Assembly (NCBI GenBank): GCA_965178125.1
Contig: OZ237750.1
Location: 372,001 to 436,000 of the forward strand
From: Bilabrum cf. latius
Lineage: Eukaryota
Direction: 5' to 3'
Length of the DNA: 64,000 nucleotides
Part shown: in pieces, positions 1-12,233 of the stretch
How positions within the stretch are numbered: the stretch's first letter is position 1
Layout of the letters: the number at the start of each line of letters is the position of its first letter
Translations under genes and position numbers: made by a program
The notes under the pieces: model-generated
What the model saw: only the letters and a program-made list of their open reading frames with translations
Database searches by the model: none
What the model was told of the DNA's origin: nothing

Positions 1-1
1 G

Positions 2-2524
2 CGCCAGCTAGATGTGCAGCGCAATGCTCGCCTGGAGGAGCAGGCCCGGGCCCTCGGCCACTCGATCTTCGCTCCGGGGGGCGACGCGGCGGCTAAGGAT
101 GGAGAGCTGCCGACGCTGGAGGACAAGGCCTTCGGGATCCCAGCACCGGCAGACCACCCCGTGCTCGGTTGCCTCCGCTGCGCGCTGTGCACCAGCAACC
201 TGCCGCTCGAAGACGTCAAGGAGCGCGACCCGTACCACTACCTCAGGGCGCCTATTGATCCGTGCCCGCCCACCAGGTCAGCTGGCTGGAAGCTCTACAA
301 GGTGGACAGCGGGACAGGCACTGTGCTCACGAGAATCCAGTGCCTCCGAGCTCTTCAGAACGTCCTGACTGCCCCTGAAAAAGAAGGTGGTGCTGCGCTG
401 CCCCTCGACGCCGGTCAGAAATGGCTGGTGAAGATCTTCGCCCACCCGGATGAGGAGGAGAGGGAGCGCCTTGAGAACTACTGGTTGATGTGCTTCTCCT
501 GCCCTTGGAACCAGCCAATCGACGCAATCAGAGAGTACGCAGGAGAGAAAGTGGCTTTCCTGAACTTCTTCACGGCGTATCTGACCTACAGCCTCGCGTT
601 CCCTACCGTGATCGGCCTGGCGCTGTTCGTCAACCAGGTGCTGTTCGAGGCCCCCGGTGTCATCTGGGCCCCCATCTACGCTGCGGTTGTGTCGCTCTGG
701 GCTGCGCTCATGTACGAGTTCTACAAACGCGCTGAGAACAACACCTCGCAGAAATGGGGCATGACAGGTTTCAAGCAGCGCGCCGCCATGCGGCGTGAAT
801 ACTTGGATGCGGACTGGGTAGAGAACACGAGGTCACCGGTGACCGGGCTCCCTGGGCACGTGGTCGCGAACCAGTGCTGGAAGGGCATCCGCAGCTGCTT
901 CTCGTCGAGCGTGTTTTCCCTGCTGCTCGGCATCGTGATCGTGACCTTCATCTCGACTTTCTTGGCGAGGATTTACCTGGTCAGGGCCGAAGAGGATGGC
1001 GACATCGAGGAGAACTGGGGCGGGTACGCCGCGAGCATCATCAACGCAGTGGTGATCGCCTTGCTGTCCTTCGTCTACAACCAGCTTGCCCAGCTGCTGA
1101 CCAGCTTCGAGGTGCAGCCCACCGACCTCGCGCACGAGGAATCACTCATTGTGAAAGGGTGCTCCTTCCAACTCATCAACAGCTTCTTCCCGCTCATCTA
1201 CGTGGCGTTCATCAAGCCAAGTGTTAGGAGCCTCTATGGTGTGGAGTCCGAGGGCTGCCAGCTCAACGAGAACGGGGAGCCAGATTGCCTCGCTGAGCTG
1301 CAGTCCCAGCTCGCGATCCTCGTCATCACGCGGCTCATCGTCAACAACATCATGGCACTTGCCAATCCGTACATCTTCCCCACTGTGATGTGGTTGCTAC
1401 GCCGACTGTTTTGCCTGCAGTGCGGGTGTATCCTCGGCGAGGATCTGGGTGCGGCTCACCCGCGGGAGAGTCCAGCAGACAGGGAGGCCAGGAGGGTGCA
1501 ATTCAGCACGTACGACCAGACCATGGAGCAGCTGATCCTGTTTGGATACGCTTCGCTGTTCGTCTCGGCCTTTCCTCTAGCGCCACTGATCTGCCTGCTG
1601 TCCAACTACATCGAGCTCCGCGTGGATGCGATCACCTTCCTGCACTACAGCGCTCGCCCGCTGCCCGCTGGCGCCTCCGGCATCGGGGCTTGGGGTCGGT
1701 TCGTCGGCCTCGTGTCGTTCGCGTCCTGTGCGACGAACCTCGGTGTGACGATTTTCACGAACCCGGAGCCGCTCTTCGGCGAATCTGACCTCGGCACTCG
1801 CACCGCGGTGTTTATCGTCGCGGAGCACGTGCTGCTGCTGTCCGTCTTTGTCATCGCCGGTTGGATCGGGGACGTGCCGCAGCTCACGCTGAATCGCGCT
1901 GCCAGGAACGAGTACCTGCAGGCAAAGCACCTCAAAGGCGACATCGACAGCCTCGACGACGTCCTCGTCGCGTCTGGTGTGGTGCCCACGCTGGCCGACG
2001 CAGCCGCTGAGGTGGCTGCGGCGGAGGGTGTGGCGGGCACAGAGGGCACCGTGGAGCAAGGCGATGAGGACGGAGATCTTTCGACCGACATGCTGCGACG
2101 GAGGACCACCGATGCCGACAGCCTGAGAAAGCTACAGGGGATCGGCGGTCTCTCAGTACGTCTGCAAGTAGGCCACGCAGTGGGGGACAGCGAGTCTGGG
2201 GAAGGCGGGGGTGAAGAGGGGCAGCAGAGGGACCTGGTGGAGCGAACTCGCGTGGTGTCTTTGGCGCACGTGGACGTGCCCGCGCTTCGGCAGACAATAG
2301 AGCTCGCAGGTACGGCCTTGATCGGATCCTCGGCCTACTCGAGCACTGTACTGCGCGCACCATCGGTTGAGTCTGGCTTCAACTCGCATTTCGCAACCAA
2401 GAGCGATACTCCAGGCGGAGGCAAGCCCGAGGTCGGGGCGAAGCTGGACATGGCTCTAACTGGCACTAGCATCGGCGGGTCTGGGGCGGGCGGACGCGGG
2501 GGTGCCGCGGCAGCAGAGTAGTAA
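2..2524 (+). CDS. Anoctamin/TMEM16-family Ca2+-activated chloride channel or scramblase (5' truncated)
   Basis: Anoctamin motifs QPIDAIREYAGEKVAF, LFGYASLFVSAFPLAPL, NYIELRVDA and GIGAW, plus several TM helices. Ends GAG TAG TAA (TAG 2519-2521, TAA 2522-2524). Confidence 0.92.
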
Positions 2525-2668
2525 CTTGTAGTAGCCACATAGGCGTATCTCGTGCGTGATTTGACAAGTGGGGCTATGTCGACTCTCTGGCGTACAAAAT
2601 CACGGTGATAAAAGTCATAATCGGTGTCGGATTAAAGGCAAGTTGTGGCATTTACAAAGCAGCAATAC

Positions 2669-5600
2669 TCATGCCTCTTCTTCATCAAAAGCAGACAGTA
2701 TCAGACCATCCGCAACTCGAGTGAGTGTGCCTGCTGCAACCCACACAACTGGGGACCAGCCGAGGCCAAGGAGAAGCCGGCTGAAGTCGCTTGGCCAGCC
2801 ATGCACACCCAGCCCGTCTACGAGGCAGCACATGTAGCAGAGCCCGAGCTAGAGCCCATACGTGCTCAGCGCCATTCGGATTGCTTTTCCGCGTACCTTA
2901 AGCCCGCACACGTCGAGGACAACGATCGAAGCATCGCCATGCCGATCAAGCTGGTCGTCCTACTCCACATGAAGCCTGTCTTTGACTTTTGGAATCGAAA
3001 GAAGCGTGTGTATGAATCCCCGTGGAGTCGGTGTCAAGTGAGCAATCAGCGGCACCCATATGAGCAGCACGGAAGCAATCGTGGGCTGCAACAGTCCCCA
3101 CCACGTCGTGTCTTGCAACGCAACCACGGTCGAAATGCCGCCGCTGGCCTCCTCGCGCACGGCAACCGCGTGCCTCAGCCCGCAGAATCGCATGTCAATC
3201 CTGTCTGCACTACCAACCGAGCGCACGCTGCCACTGCCGACCTAACGGCTACCACCTGCTTGCATAGAGTCAGCAACCTGGGAAGCATCAAGGACAAGGT
3301 CTCCTACAATTCTAGAGCACTCTCCGATGCTGAAATACCCGCCTCCCTGGCTCCCTACCCAGTCACCGAGGGTATGCACCACCCTAGGAAACGTTGGCTC
3401 GGTGGCATAGGCCTGGTCTCCCACGAATAGCCGAAGGACAACTCGAAATGGAGCTGTCAGAGCAGCGAATACAGGCGAACCGCCCGAGGGATCTCCAGGA
3501 TTTGCTGCCTACTCGCTTGGCTCCGCTGAAACCGTCTCGCCGCCTTGCAGGCCCTGCACAGCCGGTGACGACTCTTCCCAGCTGCCAGCATTCACGCACC
3601 GCACGATACCATTCCCGGCGTCCAAGTGTGCGAAGATACCAGAGGCTGCGTCGGTCTCATTGCGCTCCATTGTATGCCCCATGCGAGCAAGTGACGATCG
3701 CAGCGCATCTTCGCTGCACTCTCTGCTGTACTTGCGCGCGATCCCGGGATCGCTCATTCGGGCGACGTGGTGCATCGATGCAGACAGGGCAGAGAGAACA
3801 TTGAAGTGCGCGAGCAGTCTCAACGGTGACTGCTGCCACTCCTGGTACCCAGTCCTGGCGCCTGCAACGAGGGCGTCTGAAGGCATGCCCGAGTGGTCGA
3901 CCGAGATGGCTAGCAGCGCACCGAGCAGGAACAAGCAGAGGGTTCCGCCCGCTGATTTGATCGCTCCAATGATCATCTGCATTGCAACGCTAAGGACAGA
4001 GAAACAGCCCCATATCGCGTCTTGTGCAGCTGCCATGCTAAGCCTTGACCCGTTCCCTGGCCTCCTGCCGACAGCGTTCATACGCAGCCCAGCATAAAGC
4101 TGGGTCAGCCCAGCTAGGACCATGGACACACCGACAATTCCTGCCAGCAGCAGCGGGCACTGATACACTCTCAATGGGACCAGGAAGTACACTGCCTAAG
4201 CTGCAAAGGCCTGCCCGTGGAGCTCGATAGAAAGAGGAGCCTGTCTGAGAGTACCCGCTGGCTCGTCCCTAGGCAGGCCCCACTCCATGCCAACTGCCAG
4301 CGCTGGTGTGGTTTTCAATGCGCTTTCTACCTCTATCCCAGTTAAATTCAATCGATTCAAGCTTGCATCCGCGGAGGCGGGCCAGATCGAGGCGTCGGAC
4401 CCGCCCTCTGTGACGGGGACTCTAACGATTGAGCCAAGGATCGGGCTCAGGGAAGCGAGGTCGCCACTGTAGTACCAATCCAACGATAGAAGTAGAGCTA
4501 GGCAGGTGATGGCTGCAGTGACGGCTGGCACCACGAAATGCGATGCCCATGCTGCTCTGAGCATACCGCCGATGCCAACGCTCACAATGGAAGCCATTAC
4601 CACAGCAAAGATGACGACCGGCGCAACCACAAAGGAGTAGAACTCGATGGTTGCTTGGAGGTCATTCCCATGGATGCCAGCCGCCAGCGAAGACGTAGAC
4701 TGCCTGCCAACAGCTGCAGCTGCATCAGAGGCAGACAGCGTCGAGGCGCTGTGAATCCACGTCGCTGAAGGGCCCACATGGCGCGGAAAGTGAGACCCGA
4801 GACCCAGACTTGCAATGGGCATCGAAGGATAAAATACCGAACTAGGTGGCTGCGCCTCCTTGTCGTGATAGCGGGAATGGCTATTTCTGCTCGTGGTGCT
4901 GGCACTCTCTGATTGGCGGCTTGACCCCACAGAGGCAGATGAGGAGGTGCTGCCGCTAGTGCGACCCGAGAGCAGCCATACAGAACCAGCCGCAGCACCT
5001 GGCACACCGCCTGGGGCAATCCCTTGACCTATACTGCCCACGCTGCTGCGTGTGCTTCGAGGATCGTAGAGCATGCCACCGGCGGGATCGCTGGCAGCAT
5101 CCCAATCCAGACTCTGCATGCTACCGCTTGCAGCGACCCGCGCAATGATAAGGAGATGCCTAAGATACGCGATTCTGCCTTCGTGCCCGACAGCTGGTAG
5201 TAACCCTTTGCAGCTGCCCTAGGTTCCCGTGCCGTGCTGGCAGTCGTCCAGCGTGTCCTGAAGTACAGCCACATAGCTTGGCACAGCCGGGCTGGCTGCA
5301 GTTACAACCGATCCCGGCGACTCTGGGGAAGGAATCGTGTCCAGCGCCAGAGCTTTGCCTGCTTCCTGTTCTAATTCTGTCTAGTTTGACCTTGTCTGGG
5401 CGATAGTCTCATCTGGCTTGGTGCTGGCAGCAGCAAGCACCACCGCACTCGCAGATACAGAGGCTTTGGCAGACGCGACGATATTTCCCAGTGGCATCTT
5501 GCACTGGGAGCATATCGCCTTCGATGTTCCCTGCCAGAAATCCGTCCTGCTCCACGCGCTCGCCCCACCCGTCAGGCACGAATCCGTCCAAGGGTTCACC

Positions 5601-6175
5601 GCCATCCCAGCCGCATCTGCAGACTCTGTCGGTGTGGGTAGTAATGAGGATTGCATACTAACTAAAATAACTGTAACCACCGCACACGCGCACACAAGCA
5701 CTGCAGCTCCAAGGTGCGTGGCCAGCAGTCTGGGAACCGCAGGGAAGCTGGACTGCAGCGATGGAACCACAAGCGAGGGTAGCCCCCTACCAACAGATCG
5801 AATGAAACGAACGAACTACCAAAAGCTCAGTTCTGTAGATTTTGGCGCATCTTTGCTTTCCTGTCTGTCTGCACTAGACTCTGCCTGTTCAGATTCTCCC
5901 TAGCGCTTCACGTCTCGCAGGGTCGCATGTTTGCGTATTGTGGCCTCAAGTAACCTCCTGCTTTCTGAAGCACGGAATTCTGCTGCTTCAAGTCTCTTTT
6001 TAAGCTCCGCAACTTCACTCTTGCTTTCCTTCAATCGACGAATCAGTGCTGTAGAAGCTGATTGGGATGCTTGCAATGCAGAAAACAGGCTTGGAGGGCC
6101 ATCCGACGGTTCCGATAATACACCATTATCACGTATTGCCACTTGCCGTCCTTTAACGTCGCTGAAATCGTCCAT
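2669..6175 (-). CDS. Large multi-pass membrane protein of unknown function (~1168 aa, N-terminal coiled coil)
   Basis: Minus-strand ORFs 5900-6223, 5381-5770, 4196-5119, 3509-4192, 3242-3424 and 2960-3226 share one frame and are separated only by 9 TAG codons. ATG at 6175, TGA at 2669-2671. Many hydrophobic segments. Confidence 0.7.
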
Positions 6176-6439
6176 GAACTTCGATCGAAATGATCCAGTT
6201 GACGTTCGTGAAATGGCACGCAACCGCGAAAAAGTGTTGAATTCGTGTGATGCTCACTGCTTGATACAGAATGGAACCCTCACATGGTTAGGAACCTGTT
6301 GATATGTCAAAAAGTTCCACTGAAGTGGCTTCTGCCTTGCCATCGAAGGTGAAGGGTAGCTTGGACAGGCTGCTGAGATGGCAGAAGCGCCCTAGGGCTG
6401 CGGCAAGTCAACCCCTGAATACAGGGTTTTCTGAGGGTG

Positions 6440-9400
6440 ATGGAAGCTATTGGGACCGATGGATCGGATCACCTAAGCCTGCAAACTTGGGTGAAGGGTT
6501 TCGACGGGTATCGTGAGTTTTACAGACGTGGATATGCTGGTGCTAGCAGCAACAAGCGTGGAGCCGTGATGGTACCGATTCTAGCCCCATTGGTTGACCG
6601 ACATCGCAGGGGTGGATTTAAGGCGTCTAAGACTCCAGCTTCAATGCCGCGGCATATATCTACCGGGGACTTTTCTCACAGTGGCCGGCGACGAAGCGTA
6701 GTCTAGTCTTCTTTGCTTGACCGACTTGCGAACAACTTCGGGCTCGCTGCTGAGGCACAGAAAGACGAGGCACCAACGCTAGCATCAACGAAAAACCTGG
6801 GAAACCTCTCGTTTGTGGACCCTGCCTTGTACAGAATCGAGTAGGATGGATGGGTATCTGCATCAGAGCAAGCGCGAGCGCACAGGGACGCCGCGAGGAA
6901 GGCTAGACGCAGTGAACGAGCAGCAATCATCCCAGTCAGACCCACCAAAGATTCACAGGAAGGTGATATTTATGCGCACTATCGGTTTCAGAGACTCGCC
7001 GAGTCAGTGTACCCGGGCCTCCGGGAAGACGACGATGGGCTTGAATCTGTTACTTTTCCAGAGGGGCGACCGGCCTCAGCACCGGTATTCCCGAGGACAG
7101 CGGAGGCACAAGACAGCTACCTGCTATCACAGGGACACGGCACGATGCTACGACCGGCTGCTTTGCGGAAGTCTGCCGCTGCCTCTGCAATTGGCCCCGC
7201 AGAACCCGCACAGGGGCTTGGGTTACACAGTGGCACGCATCCCCAACAAGGGGTGCAACCCAAGCTGCTGGGCGAGCCAAGTTTAGAGTCAAAGATAGGC
7301 ACGATCATGCAATCGCATGTGAGAGTGTCAGGCACCGGCACGAGCGGGTCTCGCGCAGCTAGGAAACGGCAGAGCACGAGACTGTCCCTGCCCTTCGTTG
7401 GCTTGGATGGCTCGCAGCCCCAACAAGCTAGGCCAAGCACAGCGGAAGCAGATGCTGAAGTGTCTCTGTAGAGGAGGAGACAAATGCTGCACCAGGGGCT
7501 TTTCACAGTCACTGCAGCTCTTGGGGCTCGCGCAAAGAGGCTACACCAACAGGCCAAAGCCGGCCACTAGGACGTCCCCAACAAATGTGATCCGCCACGC
7601 TTATAGTGGCCAGAGAGCACAGTCGCTACGTATGTTGCACAGCAGCGAAAGACAGGGCTGAGACCGGAGGGGCTAATTGCAATGGCTAGACACGAAGTCG
7701 CAGCAAGCGAGGACATGGGCGCCGAGCCAGGGCAGGAGGTGGGCGGTCTAAAACGAACTTTGCGCGGTCTTGGGCCTACAGCTCAACACTTCGGTGCGAG
7801 TTCAAGCAGAAGAAGTACTTTGGTGAGGCTAGATTTGGCCCACATGAGCATTGGTTCACTGCGCTGTGCTGCCATCGCCAGAGGACTGCGGGCAGCTGGT
7901 ACTTCAACCGTCAGCCTCGAGTCGATCGACATGTCAAACAACAGGTTAAAAAGTGCTGATATCGGGGCACTGTGTGCGTGCATCGCAGCACACGCTAATC
8001 TTGGCCGCGTCAACTTCTCCTAGAATGACCTGCGCGCCACCATGTCTGACAGTCGCAAGCACGGGGATGCAAGCTCCAAACGCGGTCGTGGGCACCAAGT
8101 GAGCACGTACCCTCCTGGAGCAACTTTAGGCGAATTGTACAGCTATGAGTCACCGCTCGCGACAGAAGGCGTCCGAATGCTTTTGTTGCAGTGTTCGAAG
8201 CTGCAAGCTCTGGACCTAGGCCAGACGAATTTAGGGTTTGAAGCGGCGGCGGCGATCGCGCACTCGATTCCACGCGCAAAGGCCCTATCGACGCTAAGCC
8301 TTGCCGGAAATAGTATTGGGTCTGAGTGTCCCGAAGGTGGTTCTGGTGTGGAGGCTATCGGATCCATGTTCCGCGCCGTCTGCAGCTGCCCACAGCTCTG
8401 CTCACTTGACATTTCGAACAACGGGATCAGCAGCTAGCACTGGGAGGAGCTCCTGCAAGCACTCCAGCACGCCCACCACCTAACAGTGCTTGATATATCC
8501 TAGAATCGGCTTGGTATGGAGGGATCATGCGCATTGGCAGCCGATTTGCCCAATCTGCTTTCGTTGGAGCGTATTGTCCTTCGTCAAGCCGAGCTGGACG
8601 AAGGCCTCGCAGTGCTTGTTGCAAACGGCATTATGGCCTCCAGCAAGTTGAAGAGGGTGGAGATGGACGGAAACAGAGTAGGATCTCTGGCCGCCACGGC
8701 ATTGATGTATTGGTCGCTGCAGGAAGACCGCAGCATTGCCATGTCCAACTGTGGCTTACTCACCCCAATCAGTGGCAGCACGCACCTCTGGTGGACTTCC
8801 CCAGAGCACCTCCATGCTGTTCCGTAGGAGGATGACCCTGCCGCAGCGAGCTTGAAAGCTATTAGCCAGATAGAGATTGAGGATCCTGCGGGCTACTTCG
8901 AGTTGTTTGCGCTCCACCCTGTGTAGCGGTCCGTGGCGTGCATCCTGGCTAGGCTGTGCAAGCAGTGCAGATGCTACTCCCTGGAGGAAATGGAAATTCG
9001 ACCCTCTGGGAAGTTCGGAATTCCTTGTCCACGCACAATAAGTACCGATTCAGATCGCCTGCAGACCGGACGAAGCGCTCCAAACCCTGACTCTTTGCTA
9101 GAGTCTCTCCCCCTTACCGGCACATCCTTGGGTCAAACAGCCCAAGCTCAGATCATGCAAGAGATCCAAGAGCAGTCTCGCAGCTGGAGACGATCCATGC
9201 GAGAAGTTTTCCCCGGTGCAATGTATCCGATATCGTGCGGACCGGTGATCCGCCTTCGACTCCGTTTCAAGCCACGAGCCGAGGCATCGGAGGGCAGCAC
9301 TTCCTCGGCTACAGCAGACCATGTGATCGAGCAAGTCAAGCAGCTGATCCAGACCAATAGCTTCACAGAGGCAGAACGGGCCTGGATCGTGAAGCTCGCA

Positions 9401-11335
9401 TCAAGGAACGCGCTGTTTACCCCGGAATAGGCCAGGCAGCTCCTTGCAGTTGTGACGCAATCTGCGCTAGATGAAATGGATCCCGACCGCATTATGCCGG
9501 GCGTTCGCTTTTCGATTGCCAGGACTGCAGCCAGAGTGGTGGCAGGAGCTCATAGGCTGGATATCCTTCGCTCGCTAATGACGAGAATGAGTACGGAAGG
9601 AGGCGGAGCCAAACTGGTCAAAGCGGTAGTTGCTGCAGCCGACCGGCAGGCTGTGCGCCAAGAGCTCGGACAGCTCGCGTAGTTCGTTCCATCAAATCCA
9701 ACAGGCTCCTACTCTTTGCGCCTTTCCGATCAAAACGATCGCACTGTTCTGGAGCAGCTGCTTGCTGTGGAGAGTGAGTGCAAGCAACAGCTAAAGTCCA
9801 TCCCCAAGGAGTTCAGGAGGCACGACACGAGCCAGCACGGGGACATGTCAAACTTCCGGAACGTGACTCTGGACAAGAAGGCGTTCAGAATCGCCAAGGG
9901 AGCAACGCCTGTCTCGCTCATGAGACTCGGCACTCAGCTGGAATTCGACTTCGTGTCCACGATCCGACCAGCGCAGGACTCCAAAGTGTTCACGTCATGC
10001 CAGCTGTGCGAGTTGCTTGAGGGTCTGGACATGCTGCTGGCTTGTGAGGAGTCCAGCAAGGAAGTGAGCACAGCTAGACAAAAAGCAAGCAGTCACATAT
10101 CATCAGGAGCGTATACTAGTGCGTCAAGCAGGTTGCACGAAGATCCCGTCAGCATCGACCGTGATGACCTCGAGCAGTCCTTCCCACACCCAGAGCTGCT
10201 GTCGGCAAGTTTCACGCTTACCCTTCGCAAGTGGCAGCACTTCTATGAGGATAAGGGTGATCCCGTCGACATGTTCGCGCCTGCAATTGCAGGCGGCCTC
10301 GGCAGATCGGAGTCTCGAGCAGCCATAGCAGGCAGGAGCAGGAGGGGTCCGCTGGTCGGTGCAACCACCGGAGTGGGAGGAGCCGTGAGCCGGGGCAGGC
10401 CCACCTCGAGATCGAAGCCGCAAAAGAACGACGCTGGTAGCGTCGGTGATAGATCAAGGGCAGGATCGTCACCAGGATCAGCTGCAAAAGGGGGTGCAGC
10501 ACCCGGAGTCCAAGCCGGCTCGGGGACGGCAGGCCGCGGGCGTCGCTTCAGCGCCACACCAATGAGCCAACGCTCGACATCAGCAGGCGTTTCGTCGGGA
10601 GTCGGAGCAGCGCTGGGCATGATCGATCCTCTCGAGATAGGCATGCGTCGCATAGGGAACGCTCTCTTGTTTCTCCGCAAGATGACGTCACAGCTGTACC
10701 TGACCCACGAGCAGGCCATGGCGACCATCCAAGCTTTTCCGGCTCACCTTCCCTTTGCTAGGGTCGAAGCGGCCGTCGTGCTCTTCGGCCGGCTTCATGA
10801 CCTGCAGCACTTCTGGATCAGCGGCTTGAATCTGCTTGCGAACGAAGAGGCCACGGTGGAGCTCTTGAACAGACTAGGGTGGCTCAACGTCGCCAATCCG
10901 GACTACCCGGACCGTTACTTTGAGCTCGACCTCAGCTTCAGGGACGACAGAGAGGTCGCAGACGTGATGACCGTCCTTGCCGTGGCCGAACCAGGCGAGA
11001 ATTTCCTGGGGGAGGCGTTCGCGAACCCCAAGCCGATACCGGGTTGGGAGCTGCCAGAGTCGTGGTACACCACAGGGCCGCCCGAGTCAGGGCGACTGAA
11101 TTTCACCTACACCAGCAAGGGACCGGGGTGTATGGCAGACTGGGATACAAGAGCATCGCTGCGAAGGCGGTTTCTGGTCTTCAACAACTGGATCGACTGG
11201 GACCCGCTGAATTCGCCGAGCGTGCTGTCCGAGGAAGGTGGGCTCAGTGTGTCGGGCAGCAAAAGCTAGTTTTTGTTGTCAAACGGACTAGTGAACCGAG
11301 ACGTGGGGCAGGGCTAGGATGGCCTGCACTTCTAA
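6440..11335 (+). CDS. RI-like leucine-rich-repeat protein (~1631 aa) with repeated NPxGxYxLxLS-type C-terminal modules
   Basis: One 4.9-kb frame with 14 TAGs and no internal TAA/TGA. LRRs include LESIDMSNNRL, VNFS*NDL, LQALDLGQTNLG, LSTLSLAGNSIG and LTVLDIS*NRLG. Also FVPSNPTGSYSLRLSDQNDR and NPDYPDRYFELDLSFRDDR. First non-TAG stop is TAA 11333-11335. Confidence 0.8.
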
Positions 11336-11495
11336 GCGGCGAATGCTGGAGTTAATTGTTCAAAAAAGTTTGCTAGAATCGAGATCCGACCCGGCGGAAT
11401 CACCGGAATGTGATGAGCGAATTCAACATCCACCGCATCTGTCAGTTTGTCAAAGGCTGCAATACATCTATCGCGCCCCTCTTAGTAGTAGACTT

Positions 11496-12035
11496 ATGAG
11501 GCGATTCGTTGGTAGAATTGCTCGTATTGGCGGGGCCTGTCAGACGCGTGCCATGGCGCCGCAAGTTCAATGTGCGATTCGCACAACTGCAACTACAAGC
11601 ACACCGCAGCTAGTCCGGAAGGGGTTCGTCATGAAAGTCAATAAGGGGTGCGAACAGGAATACAAACGCCGACATGACGAGATTTGGCCAGAACTTGCAG
11701 CAATGCTGAAGAAGGCGGGGGCGCAGAATTATTCCATATTTTTGAACCCAGCAACCAACCAGCTGTTCGCATATGTTGAACTTCGGGACGTCGAAGAGTG
11801 GGACAACTTAGCTAAAGACTAGGTGAGCATGTCTCTTTTTCAAGTCCTGGTTGAGTTGATCGTATATACCCATGCAATATCAGGATGATCGCACATGCCA
11901 GTTTTCGAATAGTTTTACATTCCTCCCGCGCAGATCGTCCAAAAGTGGTGGACTCACATGAAAGACATAATGCCTTCAAACGAAGATGGCAGCCCAGTAG
12001 CGGAGGACATCCATGAGGTTTTCCACCTTGCTTGA
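11496..12035 (+). CDS. rhaM: L-rhamnose mutarotase with N-terminal extension (2 exons)
   Basis: RKGFVMKV...EYKRRHDEIWPEL...NYSIFL...LFAYVE in exon 1, which ends in TAG 11820-11822. Intron 11823-11933 (GTGAGC...CAG). Exon 2 reads IVQKWWTHMKDIMPSNEDGSP...EVFHLA-TGA. Confidence 0.9.
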
Positions 12036-12233
12036 ATGTCACCTACTACTGATCTGAACATGCTGCTTGCCGTACACAACTATATGAGATATACCAGTGC
12101 AGCAAATATAGAGTTAAAACACAGCTGATCACCACACGGTATTCTTGCACCGGCCTGCAATCCTCGCATATGCCAACAAGGACAGAGACTCCTGATGAGA
12201 CACACGGGGGACCATCTTTTCAAGGACGTGTCG

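Noticed and set aside
2522-2524. Ciliate-type code with both TAA and TAG = Gln
   Set aside because: No in-frame TAA was found inside any reconstructed gene against about 100 TAGs, and TAA appears at two gene ends.
2645-3430. 261-aa plus-strand ORF and many other long overlapping or antisense ORFs (e.g. 52383-53339, 59557-60507, 48565-49479)
   Set aside because: These are shadow ORFs expected in GC-rich coding DNA. They have no motifs and lie opposite better-supported genes.
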